A DNA stretch of 27,886 bases from a virus (IMGVR_UViG_3300038443_000233:64001-91886), one strand, 5' to 3'; counted from the first letter of the stretch, positions 9,558 to 17,041 are shown. Numbers and translations are program-made. The notes: a model not told the origin generated them from the sequence alone.

Positions 9558-10027
9558 TCTTGCACGTACAGCGTTGCATCGACATCATGGAAGACAGCTT
9601 GGAAGATAGCCGTCAGACGCTTTACGTCACCGCCACCCAGACCGCCACCGATCATCGGAAGGATGACTGGAGCGTTGTTACGAATAGCGAAATCACGCAC
9701 CTTCAGCATTGAATCTACGACAGCATCGTAGCTCATGTACAGCATGCCATCCCGGCCGTAGTTCTCTTGCGTGATAGCGTTCGCTACTATGACGCTGCTT
9801 TCTGGGTTCTTAGCGAGCACTACGTCGCCTAGCACGAGGCCGAAGTCGGTGTATTCATTGCGATAGGATTCGAAAGCGTACGGGTAGAGCTTCTTGACCA
9901 AAGCAGCCACACCGGAGCCCATGACGCCTTGGGCATTGCAGCCATGGACGAGGATGACTGGTTTGTTTGCTTCTTTCTTTTCGAGTGCTGCGTTGAACAG
10001 GTCGCCGGATTCGATTTTCAGTGCCAT
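9554..10027 (-). CDS. Stand-alone macrodomain protein (T4 Tk.4/TARG1/DarG-like ADP-ribose-processing family)
   Basis: SGDLF, HGCNAQGVMGSGVA, NAITQ and LPMIGGGLGGGD macrodomain loops. Confidence 0.88.
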   Translation of the reverse strand: MALKIESGDLFNAALEKKEANKPVILVHGCNAQGVMGSGVAALVKKLYPYAFESYRNEYTDFGLVLGDVVLAKNPESSVIVANAITQENYGRDGMLYMSYDAVVDSMLKVRDFAIRNNAPVILPMIGGGLGGGDVKRLTAIFQAVFHDVDATLYVQE

Positions 10028-10078
10028 TTTATTTACTGCCTTTCGTTTAACGTTCAGGGTATTGAGTAGACAGAAAGC

Positions 10079-10107
10079 ATTGTAATACTCCCTATCTACC
10101 CTGTCAA
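10079..10107 (-). promoter_or_regulatory. Sigma70-like promoter embedded in an 18-bp inverted repeat
   Basis: TTGACA (10102-10107), 17 nt, TACAAT (10079-10084); stem spans 10064-10101. Confidence 0.8.
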
Positions 10108-10114
10108 GAGCTAA

Positions 10115-11488
10115 TTACGCAACGTAGAAGCGCTTACCCTTGGCGAAGTTCGGACCTTGGTCGTACTGCTTCTTACCAGTGATTTTCGCAGCAGCACGTG
10201 CTTCATCGCGGGTAGTATAGAACTGCACACCAGCTCCTGCTAAATGGTAACGCACGCGACCGTCGAAACCTGCGTGCTTGAGCGGCAGCGGAACGGACTG
10301 GGCAACCGGAGCCTGTACGGCAGGAGCGGCAACCTTCGGAGTCGGCTTCAGCGGCGAAGGCGTCGGCTTGTTCGTCACCGGGACAGCAGGTAGTTGCACG
10401 ACAGCCGGAGCAGCAGGCTTCGGTGCAGCCGGTGCAGTGTAGCGGTCGATTTCTTCTTGGGTGAACGGCACGCCGATTTCTTCCCAATAGAGTACTCCCG
10501 TACTCGCTACCAGCTTACGGTTCACCGACTCCGACTGGATGAACAGATCGTAGTTACCATGATCCCCCGGATGCAGGCGGATGTTGTTCACCGCGGACAG
10601 GCCCAGCATGTCACGAGCTTCCTTACCAGCGAACACCTTGCCGTTCGAACGGTCACGGATCGCGATCATCTTCGACGGCGAGACACGTGCTTCAGTCTTC
10701 GTCAGTTGATAGAACGCCGAACCCTTCAGGTACTTCATGCGCTTCGTGAGGATGAAGTCACGAATCTGAATGCCATTCTGCCACGGTTCCACCACGTACA
10801 GGCTGACGGCCTTGCTGATGTCCTTCAGCTTCGACGTATCGACGTTCTGTGCGTTGGCGTAGAACACCGTCGTGGAAGTCTTACCAGCCGAGCGGGCAGC
10901 AAAGTAGCCGTCCATTGCAGCGGCCGTCTGGGTAGTCGATGCAGCCATACCAGCTTTCGAGGTTTCCCATTCTTGCACGTTGTCCAGCGGGATGCCCAGA
11001 TTCGACACGGAGCTGCGATTACCTTTCGGGACGCGCATCACGAACGTCCAGCGGCCCGTGCGTTGCAGTTGTTCGATCTTGGTACGGAGCGATTCTGCCG
11101 TGTACTTGGTCGAGTGGGCTTCTTCGCCATCCGTCGTAGCCATCACGAGGAACGAGACGTGCTGTTCATTGGCATCCGGCAGCGATTCGAACAGTTCGAT
11201 CATGTTGCCGATACCGTCGTACAGAGGCGTACCGCCCGGAGTCGGCCAGCTTGCCACCGGCTTCAGGACGTGCGGATTCGAGATGACGATCTGGCGAGTC
11301 GTTCCGTAGCCGCTGTTGCCGATGCCGATTGCGACGACGGACACGATGGTATCCTGCATCTCGCGGCTTGCTGCGTCTTTCACAGCAGTGATGGTAGCGT
11401 TGTAGTCGCTCTTAGCTGCTTCAGCGAGACGACCCATGGAGCCCGAGTGGTCGTTGACGAAGCCGATGTAGTTTTTCGATTGTGCCAT
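10115..11488 (-). CDS. vWA (MIDAS) domain protein with an unknown middle domain, Pro/Ala linker and small basic C-terminal domain
   Basis: GFVNDHSGSM (DxSxS), GGTPLYD (T) and ATTDGEE (D) form a complete MIDAS; linker APAAPKPAAP...; strong AAGGAG RBS. Confidence 0.85.
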   Translation of the reverse strand: MAQSKNYIGFVNDHSGSMGRLAEAAKSDYNATITAVKDAASREMQDTIVSVVAIGIGNSGYGTTRQIVISNPHVLKPVASWPTPGGTPLYDGIGNMIELFESLPDANEQHVSFLVMATTDGEEAHSTKYTAESLRTKIEQLQRTGRWTFVMRVPKGNRSSVSNLGIPLDNVQEWETSKAGMAASTTQTAAAMDGYFAARSAGKTSTTVFYANAQNVDTSKLKDISKAVSLYVVEPWQNGIQIRDFILTKRMKYLKGSAFYQLTKTEARVSPSKMIAIRDRSNGKVFAGKEARDMLGLSAVNNIRLHPGDHGNYDLFIQSESVNRKLVASTGVLYWEEIGVPFTQEEIDRYTAPAAPKPAAPAVVQLPAVPVTNKPTPSPLKPTPKVAAPAVQAPVAQSVPLPLKHAGFDGRVRYHLAGAGVQFYTTRDEARAAAKITGKKQYDQGPNFAKGKRFYVA

Positions 11489-11503
11489 TGTTATTTCTCC
11501 TTG

Positions 11504-11761
11504 TTAGTTGATAGTGGTACTACGATTAAGTTCTGCGGTCTTGTACACGTTACGAATCAATGCGCAACGCTTGTCGGTGTATTGGAGGTAGAATTGATTA
11601 CCAGCGTACTCTCCAGACATCAGGGTAGCCTTGATTGTGTTTTCACCGATTACCTCTTCTACCTCGTACACTTCCAACACGGCGGAGCCATCTCTGTCTC
11701 CGTCCGCGAACACGACAACATCACCAGTATATAGAGGATTACCAAAGATGTCTAGTGTCAT
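11504..11761 (-). CDS. Hypothetical SH3/KOW-like small protein
   Basis: 85 aa, DIFGNPLYTGDVVVF motif; similar to the C-terminal half of 17042-17416. Confidence 0.65.
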   Translation of the reverse strand: MTLDIFGNPLYTGDVVVFADGDRDGSAVLEVYEVEEVIGENTIKATLMSGEYAGNQFYLQYTDKRCALIRNVYKTAELNRSTTIN

Positions 11762-11773
11762 AGTGCTTCTTTC

Positions 11774-13342
11774 TTATTGCTTCAAACGTTCCACGATGGT
11801 AGCGAACGATTTGTCACGAAGCAGGAAGCCGTCAACGAAGACAGTTTCCAGTGCACCCTCACGCTCTTCTGCGATAGACTGCTTGTCATACAGGACGAAC
11901 TTGTCGCCTTCCTTCTCGACACGCAGCAGGCCCGTTGCTGACTTCTTCATACCGTCGCCGGTAGCCGGGTCTTTCTGAATGTCCAGAGACTTGCCATACA
12001 CAACGCCCCACGTGGCCTTGACAGCCATGCCGAACGTATCACGGGTGATGTACTGGTACGTAAAGCTACCAACACCGAACACGATGTTACCGGCACTGAA
12101 GCCTTTGTCCATTAGGCGTTGCAGAATTTGTTCTGCACGTTGCAACGTAATGCTATCACCGTAGATAAGTCCGACGCGTTGGTTCAGGGTTTTGTAACCC
12201 TTGGCCGTCGTGTCGCCACCGAAGATATCCCAGAGGCATTCAACAGCGCCCTTGATTTCTGCTTCAGTCAGCAGCTTGCCAGTTTCCTTGCAAGTGTAGC
12301 CGACAACCTTACCATCAGCAGCCAATTCCAGAAGCTCGTCGTCCTTGTAGCCAGTAATGATCTTCACCGGATCACCGGAGTCCGGACGGAACACTACCTT
12401 GGCTTGGCCCAGAGCGTTCACTTTGCGAGCCAGAATTTCTTCCTTCAGCTCACGAGCGTACACAGTGATGACACGCCAGAAGTCCCACGTGTCCGACACG
12501 ATGGAGACGATACCGCTCGGATACACCTTCGTGATGAGTCGGCGGAACGTAGCCAGCTCTTCTTCACCCAGCGGTCCTTGACCGCCCATGCACATTACGG
12601 AGTGCTCTGTAGCCGGGACCGAACCGGCAACCAGCTCCTTCGTCACATCAGCGTTGTAGTACTCTTCCAGATAATCGATAGCCGGAAGCGTGTCCGTACC
12701 ACGCGAGATGAATAGGTGGGCAGCACCGCCTTTAGCAGCACCATGCCAGCCGACCATACCACGCATCGAGAAATCGTGAATCTGCCAGTCAGCGAACGCC
12801 GGATCGGAACCCGTCAGCTCGACGTACTTATTCAGGATGCGACGGTATTCGTACGTAATGGTCGCTACCGTGATTTGTTGCCACAGCTCGTCCGACAGAA
12901 CCGTTTCGAGGTAGTTCGTCAGCCAGAAGAATTGCGGCAGCGTGTTACGGATCGTCAGGAATGGAACCTTGATATCCACACGCGAACCTTCCGGCAGAGC
13001 CTTGATGATGATCGGCAGATAGCCGAGGTCATGCAGGGCAGCGATGTGATCGACTCGTACCGAGTCTGGGCCGAGGAAGTTGTCGCAGCGGCGTTTGTAC
13101 TCAGCGATCACTTCGTCCTTCGGGCGCTTGAAGAAGTGTTCGTTCCATGCTTCGATCAGGAACTCTTTCACGAAACCTTGCAGACCGACGAACACTACCT
13201 TGTTGTCGTACAGGTCGCCCATCTTAGCGTGGCTGGCCGAACGTGCCGTCAGGTTGGAATACACGTACTCCGTGCCTTCCGGGTACTGATCGATGTGGCC
13301 CAGCTTGTACGAGTCGAGGATCAGGTGCGGTTTTACTTTCAT
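11774..13342 (-). CDS. nadV: NAMPT-family phosphoribosyltransferase, probably Namat of NARP1
   Basis: Real start ATG 13342 (AAGGAG RBS), 522 aa. Motifs DSYKLGH, YSNLTAR, HDFSMRG, SVPATEHSVM, SIVSDTWD, FRPDSGDP, GLIYGDSI, VFGVGS, TRDTFGMAVKAT. Confidence 0.95.
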   Translation of the reverse strand: MKVKPHLILDSYKLGHIDQYPEGTEYVYSNLTARSASHAKMGDLYDNKVVFVGLQGFVKEFLIEAWNEHFFKRPKDEVIAEYKRRCDNFLGPDSVRVDHIAALHDLGYLPIIIKALPEGSRVDIKVPFLTIRNTLPQFFWLTNYLETVLSDELWQQITVATITYEYRRILNKYVELTGSDPAFADWQIHDFSMRGMVGWHGAAKGGAAHLFISRGTDTLPAIDYLEEYYNADVTKELVAGSVPATEHSVMCMGGQGPLGEEELATFRRLITKVYPSGIVSIVSDTWDFWRVITVYARELKEEILARKVNALGQAKVVFRPDSGDPVKIITGYKDDELLELAADGKVVGYTCKETGKLLTEAEIKGAVECLWDIFGGDTTAKGYKTLNQRVGLIYGDSITLQRAEQILQRLMDKGFSAGNIVFGVGSFTYQYITRDTFGMAVKATWGVVYGKSLDIQKDPATGDGMKKSATGLLRVEKEGDKFVLYDKQSIAEEREGALETVFVDGFLLRDKSFATIVERLKQ

Positions 13343-13356
13343 TGTTGTTCTCCTTG

Positions 13357-13587
13357 TTAGTCGATGATTACCAGCTTGCCATCGCTGTCGAGCGGGAGGT
13401 CCAAAGACCTGTCGATCCATTTGTGCAGTTTGACGCCGTTTTCCGTGATGTCCAGCAGGTGTCCAGCAGACCACGGCGTACCGGAATCATCCACGACGAC
13501 AACGGATACGGCTTTACCCTTCGGTACGAGCTTAACCTTCAGAGTCTTCTCGACTGGGGTGGCTTGTTTGAACTCTTCGATTTTCAT
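13357..13587 (-). CDS. Hypothetical protein
   Basis: Start ATG 13587 with AAGGAG RBS (MKIEEF...), 76 aa. Confidence 0.7.
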   Translation of the reverse strand: MKIEEFKQATPVEKTLKVKLVPKGKAVSVVVVDDSGTPWSAGHLLDITENGVKLHKWIDRSLDLPLDSDGKLVIID

Positions 13588-13610
13588 TATTTTCTCCTTG
13601 GTTGTGTTGG

Positions 13611-13826
13611 TTAGGCTACGATCTTGGTCCACTTAGCAGTACCAGTCTCCGGATCGCAAGCGTAGTTGGCATCGCCCACATCGTCGTACACGAAGAATTC
13701 TCCGTTGCCTTCTTCGACTTTGTAAATCTTGCCGAATGTCAGATCATGGATGTCCGGGTTGTTACGGTTCGTTTTGCTGTCATGGAAGACCACCTTATCA
13801 CCGCTTTCCAGTTTCTTCTTTGCCAT
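13611..13826 (-). CDS. Hypothetical small beta-rich protein
   Basis: 71 aa, AAGGAG RBS; DLTFGKIY...DDVGDANY is similar to the N-terminal half of 17042-17416. Confidence 0.7.
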   Translation of the reverse strand: MAKKKLESGDKVVFHDSKTNRNNPDIHDLTFGKIYKVEEGNGEFFVYDDVGDANYACDPETGTAKWTKIVA

Positions 13827-13849
13827 TTTACTCTCCTTGGTAGTGGTTC

Positions 13850-14674
13850 TTACAGTTTGATTACTTTGCCGGATGCGATTGCGTCTTTCGCTTTCTGCCC
13901 GACAGGATTAGCAGTGTACACAACATCGATCAGGTTGTCAAACACTTCAGGACCAGCACTGAAGATACCGTGCGTTACGTACAGCATGATCTTTCCATCG
14001 GTGTACGGGCGCAGCACTTTCGCCAGTTCCGTGAACGTACGCCCACCGTCGCAGATGTCATCCACGATCAGGAAGTCGTGGTCACTATCATGATTGTGCC
14101 CTTCCGTGCTGATACGCGTCTCCAGAATCTTGCCGGTGGAGAGTTCCCGGACCTTTTCAGCTTGAATCAGGCCAGCGAACCCGCCCTCTTGAGCAAACTT
14201 GCGAGCCTTCTTCGAAGCGCCAGCGTCAGGAGCAACGATGACAGTGTTACCAGCGTTCACAGCACGGGCAACGCGGCTTGCTGCGAAGTCTTGCGTGAAA
14301 ACGTCAACGTTGTCTAACAGTGCCGGGGTCACATCCGAGTGCGGGTCCACGACGCAAACACGTTCGAACTTCAGCGAATTGATGAAGTCAGCTAACACCT
14401 TGATAGACAGACTCTCCCCCGGATTGCATACACGGTCCTGACGAGCGTACGGTACGTACGGCATGAATAATTTCAGCTTGACGCCGGGAAGATCACGGCG
14501 GATGGCGTCCGCCAGCAGTGCCAGATCGAACAGGTCGGAGTTCGACTCAAATGCGAGGTTCAGTGTGACATCATCTTCGAGCCACACCGGGGTCTTCACA
14601 CGAATGCAGCTTTCGCCAGCAGGGAACGTGGTCTTGGTAAGGGCGCTATCGTAGCCAACGATACTTACGCTCAT
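13850..14674 (-). CDS. prs: PRPP-synthetase-like pyrophosphokinase, probably Adps of NARP1
   Basis: Real start ATG 14674 (GGGAG RBS), 274 aa. Motifs FPAGE, MPYVPYARQDR, DPHSD, APDAGA, KVRELSTG, IVDDICDGGRTF, YVTHGIFS. Confidence 0.93.
   Translation of the reverse strand: MSVSIVGYDSALTKTTFPAGESCIRVKTPVWLEDDVTLNLAFESNSDLFDLALLADAIRRDLPGVKLKLFMPYVPYARQDRVCNPGESLSIKVLADFINSLKFERVCVVDPHSDVTPALLDNVDVFTQDFAASRVARAVNAGNTVIVAPDAGASKKARKFAQEGGFAGLIQAEKVRELSTGKILETRISTEGHNHDSDHDFLIVDDICDGGRTFTELAKVLRPYTDGKIMLYVTHGIFSAGPEVFDNLIDVVYTANPVGQKAKDAIASGKVIKL
13913..13941 (-). promoter_or_regulatory. Possible internal sigma70 promoter in the 3' end of the prs-like gene, upstream of the NAMPT-like gene
   Basis: TTGACA (13936-13941), 17 nt, TACACT (13913-13918). 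It lies in coding sequence, so it could be chance. Confidence 0.4.
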
Positions 14675-14675
14675 C

Positions 14676-14885
14676 TTACACTCCCGCACGCAGCGAGCGA
14701 ACGAACGACAAACCGGGGATGGTAGTGTAACCGTCGAATACGTCACGCACGCCTTTCACATCCGCATATTTTCCAGCACGGATGCAGGAACGGGTTACGC
14801 CGGTCTTATTGTCCCAGCGGTAGTTAGGGTTCAGGCACCAGCCCGGAATGAATTTACCTTCACGTTGGTTACGGCTCTTGCTCAT
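14676..14885 (-). CDS. Hypothetical basic protein
   Basis: 69 aa, AAGGAG RBS. Confidence 0.7.
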   Translation of the reverse strand: MSKSRNQREGKFIPGWCLNPNYRWDNKTGVTRSCIRAGKYADVKGVRDVFDGYTTIPGLSFVRSLRAGV

Positions 14886-15030
14886 GTTCTTCTCCTTGGT
14901 TGTAGTCCGAGTATGGACAGGTCTTTGGTCCGGGGCATGTACCCCATTTTACGTCGCATTGGCAACGTTCACTACGACCTTTCTTACGTTCCAACTTCAG
15001 TTCGTAGATGTCGTCGTTGAATGCATCCAT
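14869..15030 (-). CDS. Cys-rich microprotein (not in ORF track)
   Basis: MDAFNDDIYELKLERKKGRSERCQCDVKWGTCPGPKTCPYSDYNQGEEHEQEP, 53 aa; starts 3 nt after the SLOG stop. Confidence 0.6.
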   Translation of the reverse strand: MDAFNDDIYELKLERKKGRSERCQCDVKWGTCPGPKTCPYSDYNQGEEHEQEP

Positions 15031-15033
15031 TAT

Positions 15034-15519
15034 CTACAACTTCTTTCGTACCGTCAAGCTATTTGGGAAAATAATTTCGCACTTGTCTTGCAGCCGGTCG
15101 AGTGCATCAGCGTCAATACGCAACGGGAACAAGTAAGCAGGCTTGTCCAGAGCGATCATACGGTGCAGCATATCAAGCGAGCCAGTGCTACGACCGTCCC
15201 ACACGATCAAAGCGGCATCTGCCATCTGAGCCATCTCTTCGTTGCGCCAGTGACCCGCCAGAGCGTTGTACGGCCCACGGCTGTTATGACGAACGACGGC
15301 TCCACGAGCCTTGATATTGCTCCAGTCAGCGGGCTTCTTGTGCAGCTTGAGCCCCGCCTTCTCAGCGAAGATTTCCCCGTGCTTATCCGGGCCTTCAGCT
15401 TCCCCGGAAATCACCGCGATCTTCTTGCCGTATGTCGTCCACAGGCCACTTTCGATGATGGCTTGACGCGTGACGTTGTAATCCCGGATGGACCGGGAAC
15501 CAGCTATGACGAGCTTCAT
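15034..15519 (-). CDS. SLOG-superfamily protein (DUF2493/YspA-like)
   Basis: KLVIAGSR, VISGEAEGPD, PADW, AGHWRNEEMA, WDGRSTGSLDM. Confidence 0.85.
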   Translation of the reverse strand: MKLVIAGSRSIRDYNVTRQAIIESGLWTTYGKKIAVISGEAEGPDKHGEIFAEKAGLKLHKKPADWSNIKARGAVVRHNSRGPYNALAGHWRNEEMAQMADAALIVWDGRSTGSLDMLHRMIALDKPAYLFPLRIDADALDRLQDKCEIIFPNSLTVRKKL

Positions 15520-15882
15520 TTAAAAACTCCCTCTCAATCCTAGACGTTTGTTCTTCTGCGTGGCAGAGATTTCAAGCACAAGACCGGCCGTGATGGCGTA
15601 CTTCCTGTACTCAGATGGCAGTGCATACGTGATGGCAAGCCCAGCGAGGCTCATGCCAACGAAGTAGTTCCGGATTCTGTTATCGCTTGGGCACCGGCCC
15701 ATCAACACGTTCCGTTCGTACGCCCACTCATGGTTCTTGATGTCGAGCGTTTGCTTGTAGTCGCGGTAGGTGAAAGCTCCGAGAACAGCGAGTCCAGCTA
15801 CTTGCCCGTCCGTGAATGGGTCAGCAGCCTTCACCGGAGCAGCCAGCGACAGCATTGTAACCAAAGCAACTAACAGTTTCAT
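15520..15882 (-). CDS. Exported/membrane hypothetical protein
   Basis: Start ATG 15882 (GGAGG RBS). Signal peptide MKLLVALVTMLSLAAPVKA, YERNVLMGRCPS motif, C-terminal Phe. Confidence 0.65.
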   Translation of the reverse strand: MKLLVALVTMLSLAAPVKAADPFTDGQVAGLAVLGAFTYRDYKQTLDIKNHEWAYERNVLMGRCPSDNRIRNYFVGMSLAGLAITYALPSEYRKYAITAGLVLEISATQKNKRLGLRGSF

Positions 15883-15899
15883 AGTACCTCCAGTGTAAG

Positions 15900-16199
15900 T
15901 TATGCACGCTCCATATCTCTTACCCACGCGTGCGGCATATCGTCAATCATAACATCAATGCGAATGCCTTGTCCATACATAAATCGCTCTTTTGCCTTGC
16001 GATTTGTTGCGTAGATGCCTTCGCATTCAACCTTCCAGTATTGCATAGCCATATGTACTTCCTTGGCTTCTTCTTCGTCCCGCCACGTCACGATGTAGAC
16101 CTTATGTCCTCGTGCTGTGAACGCCTTAATGAAGTCAGCCCAGCCGATAGGATCACGGGTGAAGGTGTCGTCGTAGTCCAGTCCGATGTTCATTTCCAT
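15900..16199 (-). CDS. Minimal HAD-superfamily phosphatase
   Basis: IGLDYDDT (motif I), YIVTWR (II), K (III), MIDDMP (IV). Confidence 0.75.
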   Translation of the reverse strand: MEMNIGLDYDDTFTRDPIGWADFIKAFTARGHKVYIVTWRDEEEAKEVHMAMQYWKVECEGIYATNRKAKERFMYGQGIRIDVMIDDMPHAWVRDMERA

Positions 16200-16369
16200 A
16201 CCTCCACCAGAACAACAGCAAGCACTAGCGAGAACACCAGCAGCGTTACGACACGATGAATCGTGGATGTCTCCTTGTCGTTGATCGGACAGAATGCGTA
16301 TAGCATCCCGAGCGAAACTGTAAGGTACATGGCTAAAACCGTTGCGATGTATTTGAGCGGTTCAGTCAT
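16190..16369 (-). CDS. Small two-TM membrane protein (not in ORF track)
   Basis: MTEPLKYIATVLAMYLTVSLGMLYAFCPINDKETSTIHRVVTLLVFSLVLAVVLVEVWK, 59 aa; ATGA overlap with the upstream gene. Confidence 0.65.
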   Translation of the reverse strand: MTEPLKYIATVLAMYLTVSLGMLYAFCPINDKETSTIHRVVTLLVFSLVLAVVLVEVWK

Positions 16370-16560
16370 GGCTCGATCCCTTCAATCGGGAAGCCCAGCT
16401 CACGCTTAGCCCGTTGCTCCGGCGTCTCGTTAAAGCGGAAGTACGGATGTAGGGTGAATTCGTACGGCTCCGTGCTACGCCCTTTCAGGACACGTACGCC
16501 GGTACTGTTGCTACCTTGCAGGGTCAGGTAACTTTCGAGGTCGATAGTCATACAGGTCAT
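16366..16560 (-). CDS. Hypothetical protein
   Basis: 64 aa; ATGA-coupled to the upstream gene. Confidence 0.6.
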   Translation of the reverse strand: MTCMTIDLESYLTLQGSNSTGVRVLKGRSTEPYEFTLHPYFRFNETPEQRAKRELGFPIEGIEP

Positions 16561-16736
16561 TTCAATCCCGCCTTCGTAACGCAGTCGAAGTAGGCTTCTC
16601 TCTCGGTTGTGAAACCTCCGGCCACTTCACAGTTCTCTTTGCCATGTTTCGCGTCGTACCAGTACCAACGGCCTTCATGCAAGTGGGCAAGATAACCACA
16701 CATGCGGGCCAATGCTTTGTTCGTAAAGTGCACCAT
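16557..16736 (-). CDS. Hypothetical protein
   Basis: Start ATG 16736 with GGAGG RBS (MVHFTNK...), 59 aa. Confidence 0.65.
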   Translation of the reverse strand: MVHFTNKALARMCGYLAHLHEGRWYWYDAKHGKENCEVAGGFTTEREAYFDCVTKAGLK

Positions 16737-16750
16737 GTTTAACCTCCGAT

Positions 16751-16788
16751 AAAAGAAAAGGCCAGTGTACCCGAAGATACGCTGGCCT
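16751..16788 (-). terminator. Rho-independent terminator after the glutaredoxin gene
   Basis: AGGCCAGCGTATC-TTCG-GGTACACTGGCCT followed by TTTCTTTT (cUUCGg loop). Confidence 0.8.
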
Positions 16789-16793
16789 GTCAA
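16764..16793 (-). promoter_or_regulatory. Sigma70-like promoter superimposed on the terminator hairpin
   Basis: TTGACA (16788-16793), 18 nt, TACACT (16764-16769). Confidence 0.6.
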
Positions 16794-16803
16794 GTAGTGC
16801 TTC

Positions 16804-17031
16804 TTACGAAGCGTTGTTCAGATGCGACTCCAGCCCCTTGAAACCGCCGGGGATCAGAACATCGTCCTTGTAAATCTGCGGCATCGAGCGGAAGCCTTGT
16901 GCACGAATGAAGCGTGCAGCGTCCATGTCTTCGTCAATCTTAACGACCTTGTGTTCGATACCTTTAGCTTTCAGCAGGTTGACAGCCGAATTGCAAGCAG
17001 CGCAACCTTCCATGCTATACACGGTGTACAT
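16804..17031 (-). CDS. Glutaredoxin/NrdH-like redoxin
   Basis: YSMEGCAAC (CxxC), RSMPQIY, GGF; lies downstream of the RNR genes. Confidence 0.9.
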   Translation of the reverse strand: MYTVYSMEGCAACNSAVNLLKAKGIEHKVVKIDEDMDAARFIRAQGFRSMPQIYKDDVLIPGGFKGLESHLNNAS

Positions 17032-17041
17032 ACTTCTCTCC

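Noticed and set aside
10394-11734. 446-aa + strand ORF (also 17967-19028, 25255-26526, 12716-13360, 14848-15543)
   Set aside because: Antisense shadows of well-supported - strand genes caused by codon bias; no RBS or recognisable motifs.
11774-13474. Longer ORF-track starts for NAMPT, PRPS, nrdA, nrdB, exonuclease and TPR genes
   Set aside because: The extensions overlap upstream genes; clear SD sequences sit at the downstream ATGs used here.
11774-14674. NARP2 / classical NAD salvage assignment
   Set aside because: No NMNAT gene in the window, and pairing with a PRPS homologue fits NARP1 better; not excluded for the whole genome.
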